Positions 7,976 through 17,544 of a stretch of DNA of 64,000 nucleotides are shown one piece after another (within the stretch, counting starts at the first letter, position 1; each line of letters begins with the position of its first letter). A model generated the notes under the pieces. It was not told the origin of the DNA and made no database searches. It saw only the letters and a list, made by a program, of their open reading frames with translations. The position numbers were made by a program, and so were the translations under genes. The stretch comes from Candidatus Falkowbacteria bacterium (GTDB taxonomy: Bacteria > Patescibacteriota > Patescibacteriia > UBA11705 > JABHMO01): the NCBI GenBank assembly GCA_018674305.1, contig JABHAL010000004.1, positions 128,446 to 192,445 on the forward strand, written 5' to 3'.

Positions 7976-10840
7976 TTATTCAACAGTCACTCCAACTGAA
8001 CTAGATTTGAAATGTTTACCTCCCGGATCAACAATATCTACATAAAGTTGGTATTCACCTTGTTCAAAAACTGCTGGCCATTCAAACACAATATTACTTT
8101 GCTTTGGTAAAATAACTGTTGACAATAAATTAATCTGACCAGTGTCCATTTTTCTTTGATAAAAATCAACCTTTTTACTTGAGACAAGGTCAGTTAACTT
8201 CATATTGACTTGGACTGGAAATTGACTCTGCTTTATTATTTCGCCACTGCTAATTGATGTCCAGATAACACTAGGCTCTGGTAATTCCACGGTAATATTT
8301 AAATCAATTTGTGTTTCATTACTATTATCAACATCATCATAGGCGATAACCCTCAACTTATGATAGCCTTTGCTAAAATAGCTACTAAGTAAATAATGAA
8401 GATTAAAGGGTGCGTTGGTTTTAGTAGCGATTAGAATGTTGTCAATATAATATTCAACTCGATGAACACCACGTGGAGCTGACGCATTAATTGACGCACT
8501 TAAAGTTGTATCTGAAATTGTTTGGTTATTTTTAGGATTAACAATAAAAATCGTTGGTTTGTTTTCCTCTGTATGCACATTATCATATTCCGTTGGTGGA
8601 GTTTCAAAAATAAATTCACTATCTTCACCGCCTTCTTCGTCTGTACGTTTTATCCAATCTTGAACTCCAGCCTCCCATTGTTCATATGCTGAATCCGTGC
8701 TTGCAGGATTTTCTGGGGCACCACCTTGCGGATCATCTTTGTAAACATAATGCAAAATGCTATGAGCATCACGGAATTTTTTCTCTTCAATTGAACTTTC
8801 TGGTGTAAACTCGTTGGCTAATTTACCTGAATGCTTGTCAATTTTGACTACTATTTCTGGAGATACTTCACCATCAAGAATTGGTTTACCGGTTTTTTCA
8901 ATTTCCACTTCAGGAAAACTATCAACTGGTGAACCTTCAAGAGCTTTGGCCATAAAGTTATGCCAGATTGGCGCTGCTACCACTCCACCAGCTGCACCTT
9001 TTTTCATTTCTGAATTATCATTATTACCTACCCATACTCCAGCGACTAAAGACGGCGTATAACCAACAGTCCAAGCATCACGATAATCATTAGTGGTACC
9101 TGTTTTAGCGGCCGCTGGTCGACCAGGTAAAGTCAAATAACTCCCAGCACCAAACACATAGGCGCGTGCTGCATCATCAGACAACATATTTGTTAAAATA
9201 TTGATATTATCTTTGTTCATTACTTTACGTTTTTTCTCTTTATACTCAATTAAAACATTTCCTTTACTGTCCTCAACTTTTAATATTGCTACTGGCTGAT
9301 GGTAGACACCTTGATTAGACAAAGTACCAAAAGCTGCTGTATGTTCTAATAATTTCACTTCTCCACCACCTAAAACTAGAGATAAACCAAAGCGAGATCT
9401 ATCTTCAAAGGTGGTGTAACCAAATAATTCCAACATATCAATCACCTTTTGCACCCCTACTAAGTAAATTGCTTTTACCGCTGGAATATTCAAAGAACCT
9501 TGCAAAGCTTTGCGCATTGCCACAGGTCCATGTTCCATTAAATCATAATTTAGTGGGTGATAATCCTTGGTATCTGTCTTAAATGTTGTTTCTACATCAT
9601 ACAAAATAGTATCCGGAGTATATCCTTTTTGCAATGCCGCTAAATAAACTAGGGGTTTCATTGATGAACCAGGTTGTCTTAAACTCAAAGTCACATTTAC
9701 ATTACCATCATTTTCTAAATCAAAATAATCCTTTGAACCAACCATGGATAATATCTGACCTGAGCTCGGGTCAAGAGCTACTAAAGCAGCATTATGAAAA
9801 CCATATTGAGCTCCTTTAAGTTCCACTCCATCTATAACTGCCTGCTCGCCTTTTTCTTGTTTATCCAAATCAAGAGTAGTAGTGACTTTCAGTCCACCAT
9901 TTTCAACTAATTCATCTCCCAATTCTTCACTTAATAATTCTTTTACGTACATCACAAAATGAGGTGCAATAATTGACTGTTTCTTCAAGGCAAATTCTAT
10001 TTCTTCATTACCAGCTTCCTCAGCTTGCTGTTCAGTAATGTAGCCACCTTTTACCATTTGATCTAAAACATACTTTTGTCGGTTGAATAAATCATCGGTA
10101 TGTGAACCATATGGAGAATAATAGGTCGGAGCTTGTGGCAACGCTACTAAAACAGCAGCTTCTCCTAAGGTTAATTCTTGCACATCCTTATTATAAAATG
10201 TTTGACTGGCCGATTGAACACCGTAAGCAACAGAGCCGTAAGGAATCTCATTTAGATACATTTGTAAAATTTCATCCTTGTCAAAAGCTTTTTCAATTTT
10301 ATAAGATAATATAAATTCTTTTATTTTTCTAGATATTTTTCTTTCATTAGTTAAAATTGCATTTTTTACAAACTGTTGAGTTAAAGTTGAGCCACCGCGC
10401 ACCCTTTTTCCCATTAACGGATCAATAATTACCCCCTTAAACATAGCCAGTAAATTAAATCCTTTGTGTTCATAAAAATGCTTATCTTCAGCTGAAATAG
10501 TTGCCCATTTAACAAATTCGGGAATATCTTCAAGTTTAACTAAAGTTCTTTTTTCTGCTCCATGAATATCATACAAAACCATTTCCTCATCACGATCATA
10601 AATCTTTGTACTTTGTGAAATATTACGTTCCAAAATCTTATTCGGATCCGGCAAGCTCCTAGAATACCAAGCTACTGCGCCAATTAAATATATTCCAATC
10701 AAACAAACCAAAACAATACTAATATAAACTCCCTTGCTAATCCAATAGCGAATTTTTTTTCTTAGTTTCTGTTTGAAAAATTTTCTTTTTCGTGGTCGCC
10801 GAGGTCCATTACGAACTACACGAAGTTGAGGAATTGGCAT
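7976..10840 (-). CDS. Class A penicillin-binding protein (GT51 transglycosylase plus transpeptidase) with C-terminal Ig-like extension
   Basis: N-terminal TM; GT51 motifs (EDKHFYEHKGFN, RKIKE); transpeptidase SxxK (SGSSMKP), SLN and KTGT(T); ~250-aa beta-rich C-terminal extension. Confidence 0.9.
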   Translation of the reverse strand: MPIPQLRVVRNGPRRPRKRKFFKQKLRKKIRYWISKGVYISIVLVCLIGIYLIGAVAWYSRSLPDPNKILERNISQSTKIYDRDEEMVLYDIHGAEKRTLVKLEDIPEFVKWATISAEDKHFYEHKGFNLLAMFKGVIIDPLMGKRVRGGSTLTQQFVKNAILTNERKISRKIKEFILSYKIEKAFDKDEILQMYLNEIPYGSVAYGVQSASQTFYNKDVQELTLGEAAVLVALPQAPTYYSPYGSHTDDLFNRQKYVLDQMVKGGYITEQQAEEAGNEEIEFALKKQSIIAPHFVMYVKELLSEELGDELVENGGLKVTTTLDLDKQEKGEQAVIDGVELKGAQYGFHNAALVALDPSSGQILSMVGSKDYFDLENDGNVNVTLSLRQPGSSMKPLVYLAALQKGYTPDTILYDVETTFKTDTKDYHPLNYDLMEHGPVAMRKALQGSLNIPAVKAIYLVGVQKVIDMLELFGYTTFEDRSRFGLSLVLGGGEVKLLEHTAAFGTLSNQGVYHQPVAILKVEDSKGNVLIEYKEKKRKVMNKDNINILTNMLSDDAARAYVFGAGSYLTLPGRPAAAKTGTTNDYRDAWTVGYTPSLVAGVWVGNNDNSEMKKGAAGGVVAAPIWHNFMAKALEGSPVDSFPEVEIEKTGKPILDGEVSPEIVVKIDKHSGKLANEFTPESSIEEKKFRDAHSILHYVYKDDPQGGAPENPASTDSAYEQWEAGVQDWIKRTDEEGGEDSEFIFETPPTEYDNVHTEENKPTIFIVNPKNNQTISDTTLSASINASAPRGVHRVEYYIDNILIATKTNAPFNLHYLLSSYFSKGYHKLRVIAYDDVDNSNETQIDLNITVELPEPSVIWTSISSGEIIKQSQFPVQVNMKLTDLVSSKKVDFYQRKMDTGQINLLSTVILPKQSNIVFEWPAVFEQGEYQLYVDIVDPGGKHFKSSSVGVTVE

Positions 10841-10859
10841 AAGCTTGAAAAACTCGAAA

Positions 10860-11786
10860 TTACTTAAATAACATTCTAATTATATCACGTCCAGGAAATC
10901 TTGACTTACCCAAATGAGGATAATGATGCAAAACAACATGTGGTCGTGGATTTACTTCAATAATAACGCCTTTGTCGCTGGAAATGTCTTCAGTTAAAAC
11001 ATCAACTCCAGCGCTAGCTAACTTCAAAGCTCGACAAGCTTCAATAGCAACGCTTTTTAATTTATCTGAAATTTGCTCTGTACAATCAATACTTGTACCA
11101 CCTTCTGCAACATTAGCTGCATTTCTTAAAAAAACTTTTTCACCTCTTGCAGGAATACTATCAAAAGTATACCCCCTAGACGCTAAAATCTTTTCAGATT
11201 TTTCGTCCAACTTGATATCTTTTTTGTATTTCTTCTTTATCTTATTTTTCTTTTTTACTAACCATTCAACATCATGCTTGCCGTCACCTTCCACAAAAGC
11301 TGGTACTCGCTTTACTACATACACATGTTTATAATCAATCACCGTAACCCTATAATCATCCCCTGGAACAAACTCTTCTATTAATACTTTCTTACCATAC
11401 TTTTTCGCAAATTTAAAAGCTTTTTTCAGGTTTTTTAATGTTGTTACTCCAACTGTCACTCCTTTTCCCAAAGAAGATTTATTAGGCTTAACAACCACCC
11501 GTTTATGTCTTCGATAAAACGCCAAGAGTTCACTATAATTAGTTACTAGTTTTTGTTTTGGGACCGGCAATCCGAAAGTTTTTAAAACATCAACTGTCAT
11601 CATCTTATTATCTGCCAAAAGATAACTAAGTCTACTGGTAAACTCGGTGGCAGATCGATTAATCAATCTAGTTTGCCTTCCCTTGCTCACGACATGTAGA
11701 GCACCTTCTGGATCAAATTTAGCAAAACGAAGACCCAGGCTTCGAGCTGAATTTCTTAGCACCTTAACGTGAGCTGGTTCTCTCAT
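10860..11786 (-). CDS. ATP-grasp ligase paralog D (cyanophycin-synthetase-N-terminal / RimK-like fold)
   Basis: KPNKSSLGKGVTVGV, EEFVPGDDYRVTVIDYKHV and GVIIEVNPRPHVVLHHYPHLG ATP-grasp motifs; start overlaps the stop of paralog C by 4 nt. Confidence 0.6.
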   Translation of the reverse strand: MREPAHVKVLRNSARSLGLRFAKFDPEGALHVVSKGRQTRLINRSATEFTSRLSYLLADNKMMTVDVLKTFGLPVPKQKLVTNYSELLAFYRRHKRVVVKPNKSSLGKGVTVGVTTLKNLKKAFKFAKKYGKKVLIEEFVPGDDYRVTVIDYKHVYVVKRVPAFVEGDGKHDVEWLVKKKNKIKKKYKKDIKLDEKSEKILASRGYTFDSIPARGEKVFLRNAANVAEGGTSIDCTEQISDKLKSVAIEACRALKLASAGVDVLTEDISSDKGVIIEVNPRPHVVLHHYPHLGKSRFPGRDIIRMLFK

Positions 11787-12751
11787 ATCTTGTGATGTTT
11801 AATTAACATTTGAATTAGTTTTTTTGCTGGATTTCTTTTCCTGCCTTGATGAGGATAATGATGCATCATAAATCCAGGAATTGGATTAACTTCAATAAAA
11901 AACCCCTTATCCTTGGTATAATCACGACACATAAAATCAAAGCCAGCAACTGTCATCTGCAATGCTTTGGCAGCATCAATGGCCATTTTTTTTATGTTAG
12001 GATTCACTTTATCAGTAATATCAATAGTTTCACCACCAGTTGCCAAATTTGCAGTTCGCCGCACAAAAACTCGGTCATCCATAATCGGAACATCTTGTAA
12101 ATTTAAATCCTGACGAGCCAATACATGCTCCAGTGATTCATCTATCACAATTTTTCGCTTGTGTTCTTTTTTCTCTCTGTTTTTTCTATTAATCAACTGA
12201 CGAATTGTATCTTTACCATTACCAATGACGTAAGCTGGTATTTTTTTTATTGCAAAAATATGTTTATAGTCAATAACCAAAATGCGGTGATCATCGCCAG
12301 GTACGGCCTTTTCCGCTAACACACACTTTGAATAAGTTTTTTGTAGTTTCTTCTTACTGGTATGTTTCAATGCAAAATTAACAGCTCGACGAAGATCCTC
12401 CTCGGTTTTAATACCAATTGTAATACCTTTTCCTCGGTTGGCAGACAAAGGCTTGATAACTATTTTCTTGTGTCTTTTTAGAAAATTTATCGCTTCACTA
12501 TAATCCTTGATTAATTTGAATTCAGGAACCGGAAAACCAGCTTTTTTAAGAGTATAACTGGTCAAAAACTTATTTGCAGCAATTGTATAATAAGGATCAC
12601 TAACCAATTCAGTTAATGTTTGATAAACATAAGTAAATTTATTTTTTCTTTGCAACGCAAAAATACTCTTACTATTGCCAATACGTCTAGCTTTAATGCC
12701 AAACTTCTCAGCCTCATTTAATACTACTTTTACGTAAGGAGATGTTTTCAT
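11783..12751 (-). CDS. ATP-grasp ligase paralog C
   Basis: KPLSANRGKGITIGIK, PGDDHRILVIDYKHIFAI and GFFIEVNPIPGFMMHHYPHQG; paralogous to D. Confidence 0.6.
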   Translation of the reverse strand: MKTSPYVKVVLNEAEKFGIKARRIGNSKSIFALQRKNKFTYVYQTLTELVSDPYYTIAANKFLTSYTLKKAGFPVPEFKLIKDYSEAINFLKRHKKIVIKPLSANRGKGITIGIKTEEDLRRAVNFALKHTSKKKLQKTYSKCVLAEKAVPGDDHRILVIDYKHIFAIKKIPAYVIGNGKDTIRQLINRKNREKKEHKRKIVIDESLEHVLARQDLNLQDVPIMDDRVFVRRTANLATGGETIDITDKVNPNIKKMAIDAAKALQMTVAGFDFMCRDYTKDKGFFIEVNPIPGFMMHHYPHQGRKRNPAKKLIQMLIKHHKI

Positions 12752-12772
12752 AAATATAATTTTTACCTTATG

Positions 12773-13639
12773 TTAGCAATTTTCAAGATATTTAACGATT
12801 TGCTCAGCAACATTAATTTTGGTAATCTTGGTAAAACGTTTAAATTTAGGTGAACGATTTACTTCCAAAAGTTTCAAGTCATCACCATCTTTTATTATAT
12901 CAACTCCAGCAATATCTGTATTCGTTGCTTTAGCTGCTTTCAGTGCTAATATCTTCAGGTCCTTGGTCAATTCTGCAAAAACTGATCGTTTGGCCAACGG
13001 AATGTTTTTTCTTTCCAAATTGAAATAACTCATTCTTTTCATTGCGCCTAAAACTTCATTACCAACCACAACCACGCGATAGTAAAAATTACTGTTTAGT
13101 CTTTTCTGAATTAGAAATTGTTTAACTTTATTTTTTCTTTTCTGAAAAAACTGCTCTAAGCCTTTTTTTGTTTTGAATGAATAAATATTACGGCTTTGCA
13201 TACCAGCAATATCCTTGATGACAACCGGTCTAGGGATTTTAGCCATATAGCGAGATAATTCCTCATAAGTCGAAAAGTGAAATGTATCAATACAAGGTAA
13301 TCCCTTCTGAAAAAACTCAAAAGACATAAACATTTTATCAAACTCATAAGCCTTATTATACAACTCCCGATCAATCACTTCTGTGCCAGAAAATTTCAGA
13401 AAGCGTGCCAAGGTTTTAGCTTTAGCAAAGTGTGGTGAAATCCCTCGGAACAAACAAACACCAAAACCATCCAGTTTTTTACCGCGCCAATATGCTTCCA
13501 TTTTATTACCTCTTACTAATAAGGATATTTTACTCAGAGAAGTATGTACCACATGGTGATGACGCTTTTTCGCCTCTTGAGCAATGCTGATATTTTCTTT
13601 TGACTTCGGTCCAATTATTAATAACTTCATAATAAACAA
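12773..13639 (-). CDS. RimK-family ATP-grasp ligase paralog B (alpha-L-glutamate-ligase-like)
   Basis: Collinear with E. coli RimK: YRVVVVGNEVLGAMKRM ~ IRCLVVGDEVVAAIERR; IAGVDIIKDGDDLKLLEVNRSP ~ [22 protein letters not shown]. Confidence 0.7.
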   Translation of the reverse strand: MFIMKLLIIGPKSKENISIAQEAKKRHHHVVHTSLSKISLLVRGNKMEAYWRGKKLDGFGVCLFRGISPHFAKAKTLARFLKFSGTEVIDRELYNKAYEFDKMFMSFEFFQKGLPCIDTFHFSTYEELSRYMAKIPRPVVIKDIAGMQSRNIYSFKTKKGLEQFFQKRKNKVKQFLIQKRLNSNFYYRVVVVGNEVLGAMKRMSYFNLERKNIPLAKRSVFAELTKDLKILALKAAKATNTDIAGVDIIKDGDDLKLLEVNRSPKFKRFTKITKINVAEQIVKYLENC

Positions 13640-13677
13640 AAATAAACTTTATAAATTTTTTCCTTCACGAACCTTTA

Positions 13678-15078
13678 TTACCCTTTTGTTGGATCAATTA
13701 AAAACTTGCGTAAATCTCGCCTTCCTATTATAACAGGATATTTCATATTCTCCCTCATGATAACAGAGGCATTCGAGTTAATTGACGTTCCTGCTAATTC
13801 TATTTTCAAAGGGATTTCCATTCGATAAGATGCGCCATGACTACTATAAGTTTTGGCAACCGCTACAATGTCTTCATGCTTTTCCAATTCTTTCCAAACT
13901 TTACGACTGCTCAAATCATCCAATTCCTGTTTTGTTAATACTCGTTTAATATCAAAAGTTTGATAATACTCAATAGCTTCACCATATCCCAACTGACGAG
14001 AGAAATTTTCATCTATAGAAGTAATTCCTGCTCCGGTATCCAACTTCGCTGAACACTCAATCCACTCGCCTTTTTTATTCTTTATTTTTATATCATTTAT
14101 TATACCTAAAATTTTCTTTCCTGTAATGCCTTCCACCTCATCTTCAATTTCACCACCAAACAATTCTTTAGCAACTTTGATCCCCTTGCTTACTGTTTTG
14201 ATTTTTAAACCTTCAACGCGGAGTAACCGATCTTTGAGTGATGCCAAATTAGCAATTTGAATTGACAGACCTGGGTGCGCATTTAATTCTAGAATAATAG
14301 GGCCCTTTTCTCTGTCAATGGCAATATCTACACCTGAATACCCCAATCCACAAACCATTGCAGCCTTGACTGACAATGCTAAAATTTCATCCCAATAAGG
14401 AATTTTTATTCCTCTCAAGGGTATTTTAATATCTGGCAAAGTCTCAATTAACCTGTCCGACTGGATAGCATTGGTGGTTACTCCAGTAGAAATATCAATT
14501 CCTACACAAATTCCACCTTGATGAAGATTGGCTTTGCCACGAGACGCCTTGGTCGGAAGTCTAAGCATCGCCATAACCGGAACTTTATTATAAATAATCA
14601 CTCTCACATCTGGAACCCCCTTATAACTATATAATTTAAATGCTGGATGAATTTTTAACCGCTCTTCAAAAAAAGCGGTGTCTGGTACATTAGTCTTAGA
14701 ATAATTACCGTCCAAAATGTTAGAAACTCTTGAAACAATATCTCGCAGACTAGCATCCTTATTGTTTGGCAAAACCCAATTACCATTTTTCTTTTTCCCA
14801 AAAGTTACTACTATCCCTTCACCACCTAATCCTCTATTGGGCTTCAAAACAAAACTTTTTGGTAGACTTGTCCAGTCAAACTTATAAAACTGTTTTCTGT
14901 TTTGTATCTTGGCAATAATTTTACAAACTGGTAATTCATGTTTTTCCAACAACTTTTTGGTCCTTAATTTATCATCAACCAAGGCCACCCGGTTTTTGGT
15001 GGCTGTAGGTCTTATAAATTTCAAATTCCTGGCGTTCATGCCAAGAATTAGTTTACTTTTTTGTAGCCAACTCAACAT
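13678..15078 (-). CDS. RimK-related ATP-grasp ligase fused to a C-terminal retropepsin-like (DTGA) aspartyl-protease-like domain
   Basis: N-terminal ~300 aa carry ATP-grasp motifs (GGEGIVV, ILELNAHPGL); C-terminal ~150 aa carry CSAKLDTGAGITSID (clan AA D-T-G-A). Overlaps the upstream 7TM gene by 26 nt. Confidence 0.65.
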   Translation of the reverse strand: MLSWLQKSKLILGMNARNLKFIRPTATKNRVALVDDKLRTKKLLEKHELPVCKIIAKIQNRKQFYKFDWTSLPKSFVLKPNRGLGGEGIVVTFGKKKNGNWVLPNNKDASLRDIVSRVSNILDGNYSKTNVPDTAFFEERLKIHPAFKLYSYKGVPDVRVIIYNKVPVMAMLRLPTKASRGKANLHQGGICVGIDISTGVTTNAIQSDRLIETLPDIKIPLRGIKIPYWDEILALSVKAAMVCGLGYSGVDIAIDREKGPIILELNAHPGLSIQIANLASLKDRLLRVEGLKIKTVSKGIKVAKELFGGEIEDEVEGITGKKILGIINDIKIKNKKGEWIECSAKLDTGAGITSIDENFSRQLGYGEAIEYYQTFDIKRVLTKQELDDLSSRKVWKELEKHEDIVAVAKTYSSHGASYRMEIPLKIELAGTSINSNASVIMRENMKYPVIIGRRDLRKFLIDPTKG

Positions 15079-16606
15079 TTTTTATAACCTTTCTAAAACG
15101 ATAATATTCAGTTAAACGTAAGCCAGTCCATTTTCCAATCAAAACATTCAAAATTATGGTACCTAAAATAAACTCTGGGTAACCAAGAATAAACGTTCTC
15201 ATAAACTGCCAACTGACCAGCCAATAACATATAATTGATAAAAATAAAGTCTCTATAACTAAAACAATTGCGCTTTTGTGACCTCTTTCAATTTGTACTG
15301 AAATAAACTTTTCAGTCAAGAGCACCATCACCAAAATAGGGAATATAGAAATTTCCAAAAGTCCCGTTTTGTTCATCGAGGCACCTAATAAAAACGCCAA
15401 GAAAATCGAAAAACTTACCATAGTCAAAACAATCGCCATTCTCGGTAAGTAAGACAACCGAACTTTGCGTGCCAACAAACGACTCACCGTTCCTACAATT
15501 AGTGTCATTAGAAACAATGCTAAACCATATTTTAAGCCTGTGACCAAAAAAGAAACTGCCACAATAGAAGGCATGTAAATACCCATAGCCTTGACTCCGA
15601 TAATTTGACGAAAAAAAGCAATCACCGTAGCGATGATTGGCAAAACTAAAATTAAATAAATTGTATTCAAGGCTACACCGTTATCAACCATGTAACTAAC
15701 AAAATACGAAACAAAATTTGACCACTTTAAACGATTAACATCCCGCTGAGTATGTAGGCCAACTAGCCGGTAATCAGTTTGTCCATATTTTAATCGATTT
15801 AGAAGGCCAGGAAAATCAGTCGTGGAAAATACTTCATTCATAGCGTCCGCCCGAGTCAAAACAATAAATTGTGGTGAAATTAAATTATAAACGCTCTGTC
15901 CCAAGCGAGCTGTAGCTGAAAAATTTTGATCAGTAATGACCACAAAGTATTTATTTGCAAAACCAAAACTATCTAGGTTACTTCCATTCTCGTCCGATGC
16001 CTTGGTCAAGTCTTGCGCGACTTCCAATAACGCATTAAGCCCAACATTGTTTTTTGTCCAAACTACAATTGAACTAGCTTGTCTGATGTCCTCTTTACTT
16101 TTTAATATTTTTTGAGCTAATTCTTTTTCTGCAATATAATCAACTTCATCTTTGACTTGAAAATCAACAACAAGAGTACCCTGTGCAGAAGCAATCGTTT
16201 GTACCGCTTGTAATTTTTCTGGCTCAAGATTTACGTCACTAATAAGAATCATTACATCCTTATCAACATTAACAATAATCTCATCCACTCCAGTCAATTG
16301 ATCTTCTCCTGCTACTGCCTTGAGCTCCAGCTTGACTCTATAAACACCGGAGTTGTCATAGGTATGTGTGACCTCTTTGCCATTTGCCCAATAACCATCA
16401 CCAAAATCCCAACGATATTCAACTTGGTCTACATTATTAGTAATTGAACCCAAAGCTGAGAAAATAACTTGGTGGTAAACAACTACGTTTCTATCCTGCC
16501 CAGCCACCGCTTTCAACAATGGAGTAGTATCAATTTCGTCTTGTGCCAACGCAAAACCTGGACAAAGTAGAATTGTTAATACCATTAATATAATAATTTT
16601 CTTCAT
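15053..16606 (-). CDS. Signal-peptide / PKD-like extracellular domain / C-terminal 7-TM membrane protein. Candidate '7TM plus inactive transglutaminase-like' partner of RimK-type ligases; that family assignment is recalled from the literature and not verified here.
   Basis: Sec signal MKKIIILMVLTILLCPGFALA; PKD motif YRWDFGDGYWANGKEVTHTYDNSGVYRV; ~290-aa extracellular region followed by seven hydrophobic helices (residues ~300-500). Confidence 0.55.
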   Translation of the reverse strand: MKKIIILMVLTILLCPGFALAQDEIDTTPLLKAVAGQDRNVVVYHQVIFSALGSITNNVDQVEYRWDFGDGYWANGKEVTHTYDNSGVYRVKLELKAVAGEDQLTGVDEIIVNVDKDVMILISDVNLEPEKLQAVQTIASAQGTLVVDFQVKDEVDYIAEKELAQKILKSKEDIRQASSIVVWTKNNVGLNALLEVAQDLTKASDENGSNLDSFGFANKYFVVITDQNFSATARLGQSVYNLISPQFIVLTRADAMNEVFSTTDFPGLLNRLKYGQTDYRLVGLHTQRDVNRLKWSNFVSYFVSYMVDNGVALNTIYLILVLPIIATVIAFFRQIIGVKAMGIYMPSIVAVSFLVTGLKYGLALFLMTLIVGTVSRLLARKVRLSYLPRMAIVLTMVSFSIFLAFLLGASMNKTGLLEISIFPILVMVLLTEKFISVQIERGHKSAIVLVIETLFLSIICYWLVSWQFMRTFILGYPEFILGTIILNVLIGKWTGLRLTEYYRFRKVIKNVELATKK

Positions 16607-16619
16607 ACTTTATAAACTT

Positions 16620-17111
16620 TTAACTTTTTAACTTATCTGAATTAGCTGCGCAGATAGCCACCGCTAAAGCATCGGCTGCGTCATCTGGCTTTGGAATCTT
16701 TTCTAAATTCAAAAACACTTTAACCATCTGCTGAACTTGCGCCTTTTCAGCTCGGCCATAACTAGTTATGGCTTGTTTAACCTGAAGAGGTGTAAACTCA
16801 ACAATAGGCTTGCCAGCTTCGACCGCTGTTAGCAAAATCACGCCTCGTGCCTGACCAACCTTAATCGCAGTTTTTACATTTTTAAAAAAGAAAAGTTCTT
16901 CAACTGCCACCAAATCTGGATTATATTTTTTAATTATTGATTTTAAATCTTTACTCAAGTATTTTAAACGCTGAACAAACTCCTCATCTTTATGGGTTTT
17001 GATAACTCCATAATCAACACATTCAAACACAGATCCTTTAACTTTAATCACGCCAAAACCAGTGAGGCCATAGCCTGGGTCGATTCCGAGAATTACTTTT
17101 TGTTTAGACAT
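16620..17111 (-). CDS. ruvC: Crossover junction endodeoxyribonuclease RuvC
   Basis: ILGIDPGYGLTGFGVI...VEELFF...GQARGV...ADALAVAICAA is collinear with E. coli RuvC including the catalytic acidic residues. Confidence 0.9.
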   Translation of the reverse strand: MSKQKVILGIDPGYGLTGFGVIKVKGSVFECVDYGVIKTHKDEEFVQRLKYLSKDLKSIIKKYNPDLVAVEELFFFKNVKTAIKVGQARGVILLTAVEAGKPIVEFTPLQVKQAITSYGRAEKAQVQQMVKVFLNLEKIPKPDDAADALAVAICAANSDKLKS

Positions 17112-17116
17112 AAGTT

Positions 17117-17145
17117 AAAAAAGAAAGAAAGAAATAAAGAAAAAA
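17117..17145. repeat. Left arm of ~29-bp inverted repeat, (AAGA)n-rich: aaaaaagaaagaaagaaataaagaaaaaa
   Basis: Near-perfect reverse complement of 17504-17536; the two arms exactly bracket the four-helix-bundle gene. Confidence 0.7.
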
Positions 17146-17511
17146 TCACTTTTTGCGAATACTCTTCTCTAAATTAGTAAGCTCGGTCCATAACATAGCT
17201 CCGATCTCTTTTTCCAGCTTAGTTCCCTCTTCATACTCCTCTTTCGAAATAAACTCTTCAACTAATGAGAATTCCAAAAGATAACTTGACTCCTTAAATG
17301 ACCCTAAACTGATTTCCAAATGATTAAGTCTTACCAATGTCTTTCTTCTGGCATAGCCTTCAATATAATTTAGTATTATTGACAAAGCTGCTCTTCGAAA
17401 CTGTGATACTGAGCTATACATTTCTTGCTTTGGAAAGTTTCTTGTTATCCTATAAACAAAATGAACATAATCATTCATCAATTTCTTCAGTTTTTCTTGA
17501 TATGCATTCAT
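17146..17511 (-). CDS. Four-helix-bundle protein (TIGR02436-like, the family first seen in 23S rRNA intervening sequences)
   Basis: 121 aa, all-helical, with the family hallmark NYIEGYARR (cf. NIAEGxGR) and an LEFSLVEE...EY tail. Confidence 0.6.
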   Translation of the reverse strand: MNAYQEKLKKLMNDYVHFVYRITRNFPKQEMYSSVSQFRRAALSIILNYIEGYARRKTLVRLNHLEISLGSFKESSYLLEFSLVEEFISKEEYEEGTKLEKEIGAMLWTELTNLEKSIRKK

Positions 17512-17536
17512 GTTTTTTTCTTTCTTTCTTTCTTTC
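17504..17536. repeat. Right arm of inverted repeat: tttttttctttctttctttctttctttctttttt
   Basis: Reverse complement of 17117-17145 (GAAA/TTTC tetranucleotide tracts). Confidence 0.7.
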
Positions 17537-17544
17537 TTTCTTTT

